A stretch of DNA of 64,000 bases. Source: Octopus vulgaris (Eukaryota). The DNA lies in contig OX597816.1 of NCBI GenBank assembly GCA_951406725.2, positions 5,642,001 through 5,706,000 on the forward strand. Direction: 5' to 3'. Within the stretch, counting starts at the first letter, position 1; every line of letters starts with the position of its first letter. The notes under the pieces were generated by a model. The model saw only the letters and a program-made list of their open reading frames with translations, searched no databases and was not told the DNA's origin. Both the position numbers and the translations under genes were made by a program. Below are positions 39,693 to 53,845 of this stretch, in pieces.

Positions 39693-42600
39693 CACCTGGA
39701 TATTATCCACATAGACATCCAAATCGCCCTGACTCTCCCTCGTACATCTAAATACATCTACTCCCACTGATACTCTGAGAATTGCTACATTCACCATCGC
39801 CATTTCCACTACATCTCTTCCGTCACCAAGAACACGTATATTACTCCACCCCGCCCAGAAATTATCATTGTCGGTGCTATCATTACCGACACCACTTATA
39901 CGATGCTACGTTCATTCCATATTAATATCGTTGGTGTAGAGACAATATCTTTCAACTACTTTCTCGACTCGCAGATTTTCCAATGATCCTCATGTTTTCC
40001 CTCCTACAACCACAACCTCTACATCAGATATCACGGCAATTTTGTCGATGGAATCGTGCAGTCACTACCTTCAGATACGACACAGCACTACCATTATGTC
40101 TTACACTCTGAGCTACTTCCCGTTAGCTGTCTGATTCTATGGTACATATTCCTTAGAAATATATTTCATCGGTAATTAACCTAAACATCATAAAGTTGAA
40201 TTAACAGATAACTGCAGCAGAAAATCTCACATGTAGTTCAGTCATCTTGGCAACAGTTCAGGGGAAGAATGAATAGAGAAAAATAAACCACAATCCTGCA
40301 TTCCTATAAATGGCATTTATTGTTCACCGAAATTCATGTCTGGCCAATATCTAAGTTACAATAGATCTGTCTGTGATTTACAGAGTTTCAAATATCTCCT
40401 TTCTAAACGGCTGTCAGTCTTTTTGGTTCCGTAACATTTGGATTCCTAAAAAAATTTTAGAAACCGCCTTTCCTCCGCTTCTAAACCATGGTCATCTTGT
40501 CATCTAAACTCCATCAGATTTAGGGCCCCGACATTACCTCTCGCTTTAAATCATGTTCCACATGGAACATTCCAGCGAAACCATTTCCTAAGCTACCATC
40601 TCCACTCCACCAGAATCATGACAGAATACCCTATACAGGTCACCCACGAAAATACCAACAATTACTCTAAACGAATCTATGAGCCCAGAAAATGTTCATT
40701 TTGTTAATTCTAAAAAATGTCTCCCGAAGCTAGCGGTGCCTATTGTCGCCTAACCCCCTTCATGTCCCTCTTTGGGGATATACTCGACCTTTGCCAATAA
40801 CAACACGAAAACGAACTTCTTTTCCTCCTTCATGTCTATCAATACAGCTTTCATAAAGTGTGATGTTACAAAGACCAGTCTCCCTATGTTGCGTGGTACT
40901 GAACTTTCACCCTTGAACACTTTGTTAAAAGCAGTGGTATTGCTTCCAGGAATAACAAGACTGAGTCAAACATACAAACCTTGTCGCCATTTCTGCTAGC
41001 CAGTAAACTTCATCCGCCACTCTGCTTTGGAATGACAGAGATCATTCTCTCTCCCTATAACCCACAATCTCTTAACAATAAGGTGTTCCAGGGTCCGGTT
41101 TCTAATCTCTTTACATCACCAACTTATTTTCCATTCCGTCCAGGAATGCTCACTCTTAGCCAGACGATACAACCCTCCTTAAGTTTCCACATTCAATCGT
41201 CATCTACAAGCAACCCTGACACTTCAGCTAAATCTCTATCCACTCTAAATAGAATATTGATTTAAAATATCTGACACAAAGCCAGCAAATTCGGGTGGTG
41301 GTGGGTTAAGTCTATTTGAAAATTTGAAACCAATATTTTGTGTGGAAATCGTAAATTCCATCTTAGTAAAAACCACACTTAGTAAAAACCACACTTAGTA
41401 AAAAACACAAATAAATATTGATGTGTGGTTGAGGAAAACATGAATGTTGCAGACTCGTGGAGTTTTACTTAATGAAAATAAACCGATATTTCCGATGAGA
41501 GAGCGACGTCGCATCAAGGAACACAAAATCCATCCATCTAAACTTGATCTGCGATTTCTATACTATTTCGAATTTTTTTCCCTTCCAAGACGAATATAAA
41601 ACATTCGAACCCGAAGTGAACCCACAGCGCCATGTGATTGGGAAGAAAACTGCTTACTACATTGCCACGCCTGCGCCAAAATTAGAAATATGTTTTAGAA
41701 ATATCAAATAATTTTCATAGACAACTCAGAAACAGAATGAATTATTTTGGTCAGAAAAAAGATAAATTGGTTCAGCATGGATAACATCGACCGAAACTAA
41801 AACTTTAAAAACGAGTTCAGATGTAGGATCTCCCCGCTCCCCACCCGATGGAGTACTGCGTCCCGGACACGAAGTCTCTGTATAATTGGTTGATAATTGC
41901 TGATTAAATTACAGCCTTTATTTCTCATTTATTGTCCAGAAAGCGAAGAAGTCAATGATGTCATTATGACACAAACATTGTGTGATTAACACAAACGCAT
42001 AACATCACGAACACCGCCACCACCACCACCACCATCAACAACAACAACAGCAACAACAATAGGACGAATAAGGATGAAATAAATTCTCTTATGATTCCCA
42101 AACCTGCTCCGTTCTTAATCGCTGCTCTTCCCTGAGTGTATTTTCTCTCTCTCTCTCTCTCCTTTCTCAGCTCTATCTGCAGCTTCCATCTTTGGTTCAG
42201 ACCGTCAGTGGGTGGCTTCTACTTTAACTTAACCCGATGGCCCATCACGCATTTTCAGTCCATTAACTGTAGATTTCCTGTAAGAACATTAACATAATAA
42301 AACAATAACAACAACAACAACAACAACAACAACAATAACAACAACAAATTTAAATAAAGCAAAAACCGAAAGATCACTTTCAAATCACTCTTCCATTATA
42401 TTCATATATCTGTATATACAGAATATGCTTTTTCGCAGTCTCTCTCCTTCCCTCAAACACACACTCATTCCTCTCTCCATTTTGATGTGTTTTAGACTAA
42501 AGATCGTTGCCGCTCTCTTCCTTCCTTACTCTCCATTCTCTCCTTCCGATTCTATTTTAATATCTCTCATCAAATCTTTAACCTCTTTAACACTCCAGAT

Positions 42601-43257
42601 TTTTCTGTCGTTTCTTTATCCACTTCAATTTCATTCATCCTGTTTCTGCGCACCTTCTCTAAATCCCACCACGACCACCACCACTATTTCCATCTTACTG
42701 TCTTACTCTCTCTCTCTCTCTCTCTCTTTCCTCTTTCTACCTCTCTCATACTTTCTTTCCCGTCACCTCTCTCACGTTCTCTTAAACTTTTACTTCTAAA
42801 CAAATATTCACAATATGTATGTATGCATATATGAGCAGTAACCATTCTCACACACACCACAACACGACAATCACATTGGGGCCGCATACAAGCCAAGACA
42901 TAGAACCATACACTTAAATTCGCAGAGCTGACTGTCAGATGCAGCGGCATTTAAGTTTGAATCAAAGATAATAATGTAACGCCATCAAATAGGATTATAT
43001 GGTCTTGAAAACTGAAAGACTAAGATAGAATTTAAATTTGCTGTGACTCACCACATTCGCTCAGTCCATTGACTATATCGATCTACTTTAGACATCAATA
43101 TTAACATTACAACACTTCCACTTTCGTAGGCGCTTCTGCATCTTTCACACGCATACACCCCCGCATACACGCACAGTGGTATACACACACACACACACAT
43201 ATATATGTATATATATGTATATGTATATACACATATATATATATATATATACACATA

Positions 43258-43315
<58 letters not shown>

Positions 43316-43927
43316 TATGTATATACATGTATATGTATATATATATATATATAATATACATATAAGTATGTGTTAGTGTGTGTGTGTGTGTGCATGTGCG
43401 TCTCTCGAACTGACATGCCGCCTCTTTCTTTCACTCATTTGTACTTATCGATTATCTGTTTATCTACCATACATCCAATCACTCATTCAATTTGCTCACT
43501 TTTGCTTGTCAAATATTTATTTCCCGCCTCTCCCTCGTACTCCGGCTTTTCATCCGTAGATCTCTAATTTATCATTCATTTATACATACATACATGTCTA
43601 TCTGATTGTATATATATATATATAATATATATCCTGTGTGTGTGTGTATTATTAAGTTTTATTTCCAGCTTTTATGTAATTGTACGTTCTTTTATTTCTT
43701 TGAAATTTTGAGTTAATTCTGACCAGCCACCTGCTTGATCTCAAAATTTTGAAAGGAATCATCTTGTTCCATTCCTCGTCATTTAAATCGTAAGATGGTC
43801 TTGCAGGTTTGAATAGTCTCAGACAGCATGGTCATTTGTTGTGTATTAATTAAGAACTCGTATTCGATCCCCAAAACTCATGTTCAACCATACTTTGCTC
43901 CAGACTGATTGGTATGTACTCTGTTGA

Positions 43928-44345
43928 AGGTGGCGAGCTGGCAAAAACGTTAGCACGCCGGGCAAAATGCGTAGCCCTATTTCGTCTGCCGTTACGTTCT
44001 GAGTTCAAATTCCGCCGAGGTCGACTTTGCCTTTCATCCTTTCGGGATCGATAAACTAAGGACCAGTTACGCACTGGGGCCGATATAATCGACTTAATCC
44101 GTTTGTCTGTCCTTGTTTGTCTCCTCTGTGTTTAGCCCCTTGTGGGTAGTAAAGAAATAGGTATTTCGTCTGCCGCTACGTTCTGAGTTCAAATTCCGCC
44201 GAGGTCGACTTTGCCTTTCATCCTTTTGGGATCGATAAATTAAGTACCAGTTACGCACTGGGGTCGATGTAATCGACTTAATCCGTTTGTCTGTCCTTGT
44301 TTGTCCCTTCTGTGTTTAGCCCTTTGTGGGTAGTAAAGAAATAGG
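43928..44345 (+). mobile_element. SINE family A dimer
   Basis: Head plus second headless body; imperfect TSD ggtatgtactctgttg / ggtatgtacccggttg. Confidence 0.88.
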
Positions 44346-44633
44346 TATGTACCCGGTTGCTCTAATGATAATTTGTATGAAGGGGGAGTTGTTTGCTGAG
44401 TAATGGATTTGGAAACACCTTATCAAGGGTCCATCGATATCGATTTTTCCTTGTACTTTTCTAACCACATTGGTGTCAAGTGGGCTGCTGACTTCCACAA
44501 CTGAATATATTTTTTCCATGTAGTCCCACACATTATCTAACATGTGTTTTAACTTGGTGGCTGTTTTAATTTTTAATTTCCTCGAATATTCTTTTGGTCC
44601 AACGGTCTAAATCTAATCAACTTCGTCTGTGGA

Positions 44634-44950
44634 TGTTATTTAGCCCTAGGAAACACCGTTTCCTGTTGTACTTGACACATTTCTTGTGTTCTTATGTTTT
44701 CTTCAAAGTGAAGATAAGTACCTCCACCCAGCATAAACCAGTGAATGTATTCCACTTGAAATATATATGTTTTCAAAGGCATCGACAGCTATCAAGCCAT
44801 GCTACTCCAGACTGATGATGAGCAATGACTCTGAAACTAGTCTCTGGATGCTGGCTTTGTTGGGTGGAAGTGCGTATCTTCACTTTGAAAACTTAAGGAC
44901 ATAATGTGTCAAGACAAACAGGAAACGGTCTTTCCTAGGGCTAAATAACA
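44634..44950. mobile_element. Inverted-repeat element enclosing a hammerhead
   Basis: tgttatttagccctaggaaa...tttcctagggctaaataaca, ~105-bp imperfect arms. Confidence 0.8.
44806..44848 (+). ncRNA. Type I hammerhead ribozyme (U.U at 10.1/11.1)
   Basis: UCCAGA-CUGAUGA-U-GAG-caauga-CUC-U-GAAAC-UA-GUC^UCUGGA; palindromic ACUAGU stem III. Confidence 0.82.
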
Positions 44951-44966
44951 GTAGCATTCTTTCCTT

Positions 44967-45370
44967 TCATGGGACTAACATACTATCACAGTTAACATTT
45001 TGTTTTGTTCTACCTTGTAAATCAGATCGGGTTTTCACCCCGTCACCTATGCCGTTTGTACTTCTCTGAAACTTAGATTCATCCGGAAAATCTTTTACCG
45101 TGATGTGCTTGATCTTTTTCATGATACCAGTGATGTAAATGATAGATATTGGTGGATCTAACAAAGTGCAATGTGGGATAACACAATTGAATTCGTATGA
45201 TCTTAAGTGCTTACATCGATTACGGCCTGTTTTGTACCGCTTACAACAAGACATCTTAAACCAGTGCAATATTTCTTTCACAGATCCCGACTCCCTAACG
45301 TTCGGTGGTCGTTTCAAAAGAAAACTGTTGTCGAATCTGTGAAAAGTCTTACTAAAATCCATATATATGT
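44967..45370 (-). pseudogene. Decayed CR1-type RT fragment
   Basis: MDFSKTF..., IPHCTLLDPPISIIYI, DFPDESKFQRSTNG, collinear with the RT at 2723-3125. Confidence 0.7.
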
Positions 45371-45496
45371 GACAAGTGTCGCAGCCCCACTCCTAACGCT
45401 TCGGCTACGTACCATACATCAAGCAATTTTGCCAGTGATTTGTTACAGGCGATGGCAGATCGCTTCAACGTCATTTAGGTAGCTAAAGGAAAATAT

Positions 45497-46348
45497 TCGA
45501 GGTCTGATCAATAAGTATCCGAACTGTTGCCATAGTAGCAAAGTTAAAGCACACAGAGTGAAGCTGCTTGGCAAAAAGCAACCTTCACCACTACGTTTTA
45601 ACGTCCTAGCTCACTTCCACTGTTTACAGCAGTGCTTGGAAGGAAGGTGTGTAGCGTGTGATCATCGAATTGACCATGACAGAGAATATTGTCAAGGTGA
45701 TACCTGCTCAGAGGCCAGCACAAAGTTATAGAAAGTGTATGAAGAGGAGTGTATGAGTCGAACACAAGTGTACGAACGGTTCAGATGTTCCTGAGATGGC
45801 CGAAAAGAATGGGAGATCCGCAACCGGCAGAACTGAGAAAAACATCGCAGATGTGCATGCAGTTGTGAGGGGAAATCATAAAATCACAATCCGGGATTTA
45901 CCAGTGGACCTGCAGATTAGCTACGGTTCAGTTCAGTCCATTATCATTGAAGATTTGGGTATGAGACGCGTGTCTGCCAAGTTTGTGCCAAAACTGATTT
46001 CAGCTGACCAAGAAGACACTCGGGTTTCGGTTGCACAAGATCTCCCTGATTGTTATTGGAAAGTTTTTGAAAACCTTGCGTAGGCCTCTGAGCAGGTATC
46101 GCCAAGCGTTTGGCAAAACTTGATGCAGATTCTCTGCTCATCCTTCTCTGTCATGGTCATTGCGACGATCACATGCTACACACCTTCCTTCCAAGCACTG
46201 CTGTAAACAACGAAAGTGAGGTACAGCATTAAAACCTTGCGCGCATGCACAACATAGTTCAATGCCAATCTTTATTTAGCGGCTTCACTCTAAGTCCTTT
46301 AGCCTCGTTACTATGGCAACCATCCGGACACTTATTTCAGACCTTGTA
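45497..46348 (+). mobile_element. Deleted mariner element with long inverted arms
   Basis: TIR CGAGGTCTGATCAATAAGTATCC / GGACACTTATTTCAGACCTTG; transposase HTH remnant TIRDLPVDLQISYGSVQSIIIEDLGMRRVSAKFVPKL (45796-46083). Confidence 0.85.
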
Positions 46349-46511
46349 TACACATTTTTATGTATATTCTCTCCTATATATTGTGTGTATGTTTATTTAT
46401 AGGAAAGTTCTGAAGATATAATGACTAATTTGTGGGGGTTGAAATATATATACACGTTTCATTTACATTATTTACATTTGACGGATATTTGTCCTCATCT
46501 TGTTTGTTGTT

Positions 46512-46557
46512 AACACAACGTTTCGGCTGATATACCCTCCAGCCTTCATCAGGTGTC
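46512..46557 (-). ncRNA. Minimal type I hammerhead motif (best copy of this family)
   Basis: GACAC-CUGAUGA-A-GGCUG-gaggguauau-CAGCC-GAAAC-GUU-GUGUU. Confidence 0.8.
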
Positions 46558-46841
46558 TTGGGGAAATTTCGAACTTGGGTTCTCATTCCTAAGGAATTTT
46601 TAGATGTTATTATCATTGCGAGAGCAGTGCATGCCATCAAAGTGACACTGGGGTCAAATATACGAAGCCCAGTATATCCATCAGGACTACCCGTCTGATA
46701 AGGGTACACTAGGCACATGCATCACAACCATATGTGCGCAACATGGTGATCTCATATCAAGATAAACAGCGCATGACCTTGCAGGTGGATCCCAGTTAGA
46801 ATTTTCTTCTGGTCGAGTAACCCATTAGATGTTGTTGTTGA

Positions 46842-46921
<80 letters not shown>

Positions 46922-46923
<2 letters not shown>

Positions 46924-48385
46924 TTTCAGTAGTTTTATTTTTACAGCGTGCTTTCACTTCACTACCGAGCGCAGCTCTGTGTGCCTTAGATATGTGCTGT
47001 GATTTGTTGTGATGCTCTGATGGTTATTGTATGGAAAGTGTTCTGCATAGGATGTGTGCAGTGCCTAGTAGTGCAATTTTCTGTATGTTATATGTGTTTG
47101 TAAGTCCTGGTGTTTTTGTTATGTATTAGTCTGAATATTTTTTTATCATGCCTAATGCACCTACTATGATAGGAATTGTTTCTGTTTTTAGATTCCACAT
47201 TCTGGTTACCTTTATTTCCAGGTCTTTGTATTTTGAGAGTTTCTCCATTTCTTTTAGAGACACGTTGTCATCTGCCGGTATTGATACATCAATTAGAAAG
47301 CATTTTTTTTCTTCATGATCTCTGACAACTATATCTGGTCTGTTGGCCTTAATTTCTCTATCTGTGTGTATCAGCATATCCCAGAGTATGGTTGCTTTCT
47401 CGTTTTCTGTGACCTTTTCTGGTGTGTGCCTATACCATCTTTTTTCTGTTGTTATTCCATAATGTTGGCATAGCTTCCAATGTATGTAGGTTCCAACTCT
47501 GTCATGTCTGTGAATATATTCCTTCTTAGCCAGGACTGGGCAGCTAGAGATAATATGATTTATTGTTTCTTGTCCATCTCCACATATTCTGCAGTTATTT
47601 GTTATATTTCTTTTCATTACATGTTTTTGGTAATTTCTGGTGGGGAGGCTTTGGTCTTGTGCTGCAATTAAAAATCACTCTGTCTTTGCTTTGAGTCCTG
47701 AGTTTCTCAACCATTGCTGGGATTTTTCTTTGTCTATTCTTTTGCTATTTCTTTGCCTATTTCTATTTCGTTTAGTCCAGTATTTGCCATGAAGGGACTT
47801 TTCTTGCCATCGTTTTATCATGGTTCGTTGCTGTTCTATTTTTAGTTTGGATTTCATTTGTTTTATAGCTTTTGTTGTTTCTTCTTCTTCTTCTTCTTCT
47901 TCTTCTTCTTCTTCTTCTTCTTCTTCTTCTTCATATTTATTAGGTGGTATGGTTTCTTGTTTGTATTTGTCAGCTTCCTTAAATACTGAGAACAGTTTTT
48001 TGTTTTGCTCGTGTTTTGCCGCTATTTGTATCAGTTTTCCTTCATTCTGAAGTAGATATTTTTGCAGTCCTATGGGGGTTATTTTATAGTAGTTTTCCTG
48101 CTGTATAAGGCCTCTACCACCTTCTATACGTTGTATATATAGTCTTTCTATGTCAGATTTTGGGTGATGCATCCTAGATCTTGTCATTATTTTTCTTGTT
48201 TTCCTATCTATTTTGGTCAGTTCATTTAGTGTCCAGTTAAGGATATTGTAGCTAACTTATAACTGGGACAGCTAAAGTGTTAATACCTATTATCTTGTTT
48301 TTAGTATTGATCTAACTTCTCTATAATATTCTTTTTTTATTTTCTCTTTCATTTGTGTGTGTTGTGTCTTATCTAGTTCAATTAT
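46922..48385 (-). mobile_element. 5'-truncated R4/Dong-clade LINE in (TAA)n
   Basis: HPKSDIERLYIQRIEGGRGL; CCHC CRICGDGQETINHIISSC; RLE NRPDIV..IDVSIP..EKLSKY. (TTA)n tracts lie on both sides. Confidence 0.9.
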
Positions 48386-48397
48386 CATTATAATTAC

Positions 48398-48459
<62 letters not shown>

Positions 48460-50092
48460 TCACTGCCTGGAATCGAACTCGGAGTCGTGGGGTTAGTAAC
48501 CCGCGCTCTTAACCACTACATTATATGTCCATGGGTATATGGCGTAGTGACCTGAATAGTAATAACAATAATAATAATAACATCGAAAAATACCTTAGGA
48601 ATGAGAACCCAGGTTCGAAATTTCCCCAAGACACCTGATGAAGGCTGAAGGCTGGAGGGTGTATCAACCGAAACGTTGTGTTAACAATAAACAAGATGAG
48701 GACAAATATCCGTCAAATGTAAATAATGTAAATAATTCCTCATCTCTTAGATATAGAACTATAAACATGTTTTATTATTACTGCTGGACATTGAATATGG
48801 TCAGAGTTGAGTACGGAATAAAATTGATATAAGTAATTATTGATTTCAAATTTTGGCACGACCGGCTATTTCGAGGAGGGGGATGAGACGATTCCATCGA
48901 CCCCATTTCTCAACTGGTACTTATGTTGTCGATCTTGAAAGGGATGAAAGGCAAAGTCGATCTCAGTGGAATTTGAACTCTGAACATGAAGGCAGACGAA
49001 ATGCAGCTAAGCATTCTGCCCGTCGTGCGAACCGTTCTGCCATATCACCGCCTTTATCTAATTAATTATTAGCAAGTATTATTGTCGGCAATCTCATTTG
49101 TTTCTCATCAACCAGACATGTGAAGATGTGCATAATAAGGATTCTTAGCATAGAAATTGGTTCACTAATTTTTGTGGTAAGAAATGAATTATATTAAACC
49201 CGATAATGTGCAAAGTAAAAATAATTGATTTCGACAAGGTTTGAATATAAAAAGACGCGAGTAAAGAACACGTATCAGTTTATTTAGCAACACTTTAACG
49301 ATTCTACCAACCAATTGTAATTATAACAAGCAATTTCTCGAGCTGCAAATACAGTTATTCCCCAATTTCTATTTTATGCTTCAGTTCGTGGAATGACAAA
49401 TATATGCACGCTTTAATAGTCTGGAAACTTTAGAATCCTACCAAACAAGTGAATATTATGCTATCCATACATAATAATAACAAGTTAAGTTGAAGACGTT
49501 ATTTTTATAATTAAACTCGGATTGAAATTTCTATAGTAGCGTTATATAATGTTCACATTTACATAAATGTGACTTGGAGAAAAACTGAAAATTTAACCAA
49601 TAACTTTTATCATTAATCTTCGTATGATCGTTTCTATCTGAAATGATATCAAAATAGCGTTGGCCGTTGTCTAGAATTCAACGATTTTAAATATAAGCGA
49701 GACGTGCATCGTTATTGGAAATAAATATCTCAGAATTATAGATCAATAAGGATATTTGTTGAAATTGCAATCATAATACGAAAGTTACGTGGGTGTTCAA
49801 TTTTAAGCCAGCATTAAAATAAATAAATATTCTGAAACTAATGTTAAACAATACAATTCCACAGACTTCATCGGAGTAATTCTTACAATTATATGGAAGT
49901 TAACTTTCAGACACCGGCAGCATGTTACAAGAACATTTCACTAGTAAGTGCATTAAAAGTTGCTATGACTATAATTTAAAACATTTAGAAATGTTCATTT
50001 TACTTCAAATTTGTAGATTTATAAGAATATTTCAGTGTACAAGAGAGGAGGACTGGTTAGCATCTTTCAGAAGCTTTGCATAATGGAATATA

Positions 50093-50700
50093 AGGTGGCG
50101 AGCTGGCTGAACCGTTGGCACGCCAGACGAAATGCATAGCGGTATTTCGTCTGCCGTTACGTTCTGAGTTCAAATTCCGCCGAGGTCGACTTTGCCTTTC
50201 ATCCTTTCGGGGTCGATAAATTAAGTACCAGTTAAGCACTGGGGTCGATATAATCGACTTAATACCTATGTCTGTCCATGTTTGTCCCCTCTATGTTTAG
50301 CCCCTTGTGGGTAATAAAGAAATAGAAATAGGTATTTCGTCTGCCGTTACGTTCTGAGTTCAAATTCCGCCGATGTCGACTTTGCCTTTCATCCGTTCGG
50401 GGTGAATTAAATAAGTACCAGTTACGCACTGGGGTCGATATAATCGACTTAATCCGTTTGTTTGTCCTTGTTTGTCCTCTCTGTGTTTAGCCCCTTGTGA
50501 GTAGTACAGAAATAGGTATTTCGTCTGCCGTTACGTTCTGAGTTCAAATTCCGCCGATGTCGACTTTGCCTTTCATCCGTTCGGGGTCGATAAATTAACT
50601 ACCAGTTACGCACTGGGGTCGATGTAATCGAATTAACCCCTTTGTCTGTCCTTGTTTGTCCCCTCTATGTTTAGCCCCTTGCGAGCAATAAAGAAATAGG
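50093..50700 (+). mobile_element. SINE family A trimer
   Basis: Head plus two headless bodies; TSD ggaatataa. Confidence 0.88.
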
Positions 50701-50896
50701 AATATAAATGTCTTTTGAATACCATGACCACACGGCTTTCACAATACGACTTCTATAAAAATCCACCTACTCATTTGTTTTTTTTACAAATGACACTGTT
50801 TTGACAAACTCTGCTAAATGTTATAGTTTTAATATCTCTCTTCATTTAACATGAATTACAATTAACAATAGTTATAATCGATAATAATTGTAACCA

Positions 50897-51210
50897 CATC
50901 ACCGTGATCACTGTGATCGACCAGGCTATCAGATGTTGCTACACATCGCTGGTCCCAATGCGCTTTGCATTGTTTTAGCCTTCAAATGACGCCACCCCGC
51001 TGGCTAAGCGAGCAGGCCGCAGGAAGAAAGAGTGAGAGAAAGTTCTGTCGAAAGAGTACAGCAGGGATCGCCACCACCCCCTGCCGGAGCCTCGTGGTGC
51101 TTCGGGTGTTTTCGCTCAATAAACACTCACAACGCCCGGTCTGGGAATTGAAACCGTGATCCTACAACCTCGAGTCCGTTGCCCTAACCACAGGGCCATT
51201 GCGCATCCAC
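50897..51210 (-). mobile_element. SINE family C, tail type 3 (RTE-like)
   Basis: Family C head; tail homologous to the RTE 3' end at 54725-54770; TSD tgtaaccaca. Confidence 0.82.
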
Positions 51211-51316
51211 TGTAACCACACAATTGTTACAATTCATACAGGGTTTAGGGGATGGGGAACAAATAACCCCATCTAAAAATATCGAAGTCTGCAAAGCCAC
51301 GTTTGATCTTTTTAGT

Positions 51317-51713
51317 CTTTACTCTTTTACTTGTTTCAGTAATTTGACTGCGGCCATGCTGGAGCACCGCCTTTAGTCGACCAAATCGACCCAGGGACTT
51401 ATTCTTTGTAAGTCCAGTACTTATTCTATCGGTCCCTTTTGCCGAACCGCTAAGGGACGGGGACGTAAACACACCAGCATCGGTTGTCAAGCAATGCTAG
51501 GGGACAAACACAGACACACAAACACACATACACATAAATATATATACACATATACGACGGGCTTCTTTCAGTTTCCGTCTACCAAATCCATTCACAAGGC
51601 ATTGGTCGGCCCGGGGCTATAGCAGAAGACACTTGCCCAAGATGCCACGCAGTGGGACTGAACCCGGAACCATGTGGTTGGTTAGCAAGCTACTTACCAC
51701 ACAGCCACTCCTG
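51317..51713 (-). mobile_element. SINE family B
   Basis: Reverse complement of the 19447 family. Confidence 0.88.
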
Positions 51714-53429
51714 CATTCGATCTATTTGAAACAGTCGGCAAATTTCCCTCTACTCACACGCAGTCATCTTAAAAGAGAATAATGCATTGAAAAATGTTTC
51801 CCTCCTAATTGAAATAGGCAGATTGGCCACAGTTGGAATGGTTTGGATCAGAACAGACTGCGGGCAACAGTAATAAAAGTGAAATTAAGTTGAATATTTC
51901 AAAAGGATGATTACGTAATAGCGTCTTGTAAAATAAATCTATCGCCCTTCAAAGCGAAATAAGTCACTTTTGATAATAATTTATCTCCTTTCATTTCACC
52001 CAAATCCTTTGTCTTGCCGAGAACGTAATGAACATCACAACATCATATACACTTTCGCTGTTATCATCAAACGATAAAAACGCACAAAGTAAGAGATGTT
52101 TGATTGATATTTGTAATTCGTATTTAAGAAAAAAAATAAATTCTTTATATTTGTCCAGAATTCACGATGATCTAGTACTTCTTGTACTTACAATCTTGGA
52201 ACTGGTGTAAAAAGGGACAAAACTACTTGAACTGATGCCAATAAATCATGCGTTCTTCGGTTCGATTGAGCACAGTATGCCGTTACCTCAGAAAATGTAA
52301 AAAGTTATATCTTCGAACGCCGAATAAAATTAACATTTCAGAAGATATTTATGATTGATTGAATCGACTTCTAATTATTTTATCGATTCAACGGCTGATT
52401 AATTTTTCAGAACTTTCAAGTCAGAGGGAAGAATCGCTAATATTTTTCTATTATTTACTTCACTGGTCTTATGTCCCTACAAAATCCACCATATTGTTAC
52501 AGACTAAAAATATTGGTCAAAGTGCTATTGTTTTCTGTGGAAACTATTGATACTTTAATTGGGCCAGCAGATTACTGGCATTTATTAAAAGATATTAGTT
52601 TCCATGGTATTTAAATGATAATGTTGGGGGTCGAAATAAAGCATCAATGTGCGAAACACCTCTACCATTAATAAAAAAAGAGGGAGCCTCCATTGGATCA
52701 CTCAATCGGCTAAAAAGTAACCGATCTTCTCTCAAATGGAATCTTAATATCTCTAAAAAGAACGACACTATTTAGATAGCAGTATTAGATGCACTGCCTG
52801 AAAATAAGAAAGGACTGTCTTGGCTGGAACGCTCCGCGATCTTAGATACAGCAGCGAAATATATCTCAAGTCCAGCTTCAACCATCTATCAAAACTGAGA
52901 ACAACTAATTCGAATGTGTAGTGCTAGAAACCCCGAAAAGGTCACAGATTAAATGCTTTCGATTAAAAATATTAGGAGAAAACAAAGGCAGCGATCTGGC
53001 AGAATCTTGAACACGCTGGACAAAATGCTTAGCGCCGTTTTGTCGGGCTTTATGTTCTGAGAATTACACCGAGGTCTTCTGTCCCCATCATGTTTTTGGG
53101 GTCGGTGAATGAAGTATCAGTTGAACATATGATTACTGACCAAGTGACAAAATTTGAAACTATTATTACGAGAAAACAGCAGCAACTTTCACAAACCGCT
53201 TCGGAACTAATATTCTACGTAATGTTGGAACACAGCCAGGAATCTTGTGCGAGGGTTCAGTCGATTATCTCGGAGCCCAGTGCCAACTGATTTTATCGCA
53301 GTGAACGAATGAATGGCCAGGTCGACTTCGGTGATATAGGAATTCACAATGTACAGAGCCAGACTATTTGCCTCTAAGCATTTTGTCAGCTCGCCGCATA
53401 CTTTCCAACTATTATTGTGTACTCCTGTG

Positions 53430-53845
53430 TTCAACTGGTACTTATTTTATCGATCCAGAAATGATGAAATTGCAAAGTCAACACCGGTTGTATTTGAAAT
53501 CAGAACGTAAAAACGGACGAAATACCTATTTCTTTACTGCCCACAAGGAGCTAAACACAGAGAGGACAAATAAGGACGGACAAGCGGATTAAGTCGATTA
53601 CATTATATCGATTCCAGTGCGTAACTGGTACTTATTTAATCGACCCCGAAAGGATGAAAGGCAAAGTGGACCTCGGCGGAATTTGAACTCAGAACGTAGC
53701 GGCAGACGAAATACGGCTATGCATTTTCGCCCGGCGTGCTAACGTTTCTGCCAGCTCGCCGCCTTTATAGACGAAATACCGTTAAGACGAAATACCGTTA
53801 AGCAATTTGTCCGGCATGCTAACGATTCTGCTAGCTGACCGTCCT
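53430..53845 (-). mobile_element. SINE family A copy inside an older related SINE
   Basis: Young family A at ~53527-53764 embedded in a diverged homolog. Confidence 0.75.

Larger units (their letters stand above)
46459..48750. mobile_element. Second copy of the tRNA-headed hammerhead inverted pair, with nested insertions
   Basis: Same arms as 26736-27327; hammerheads at 46512-46557(-) and 48630-48682(+); tRNA-like head at 48455-48520(-). Confidence 0.85.

Noticed and set aside
39700-41250. C-rich strand-biased region resembling a decayed retroelement
   Set aside because: No diagnostic motif could be read reliably.
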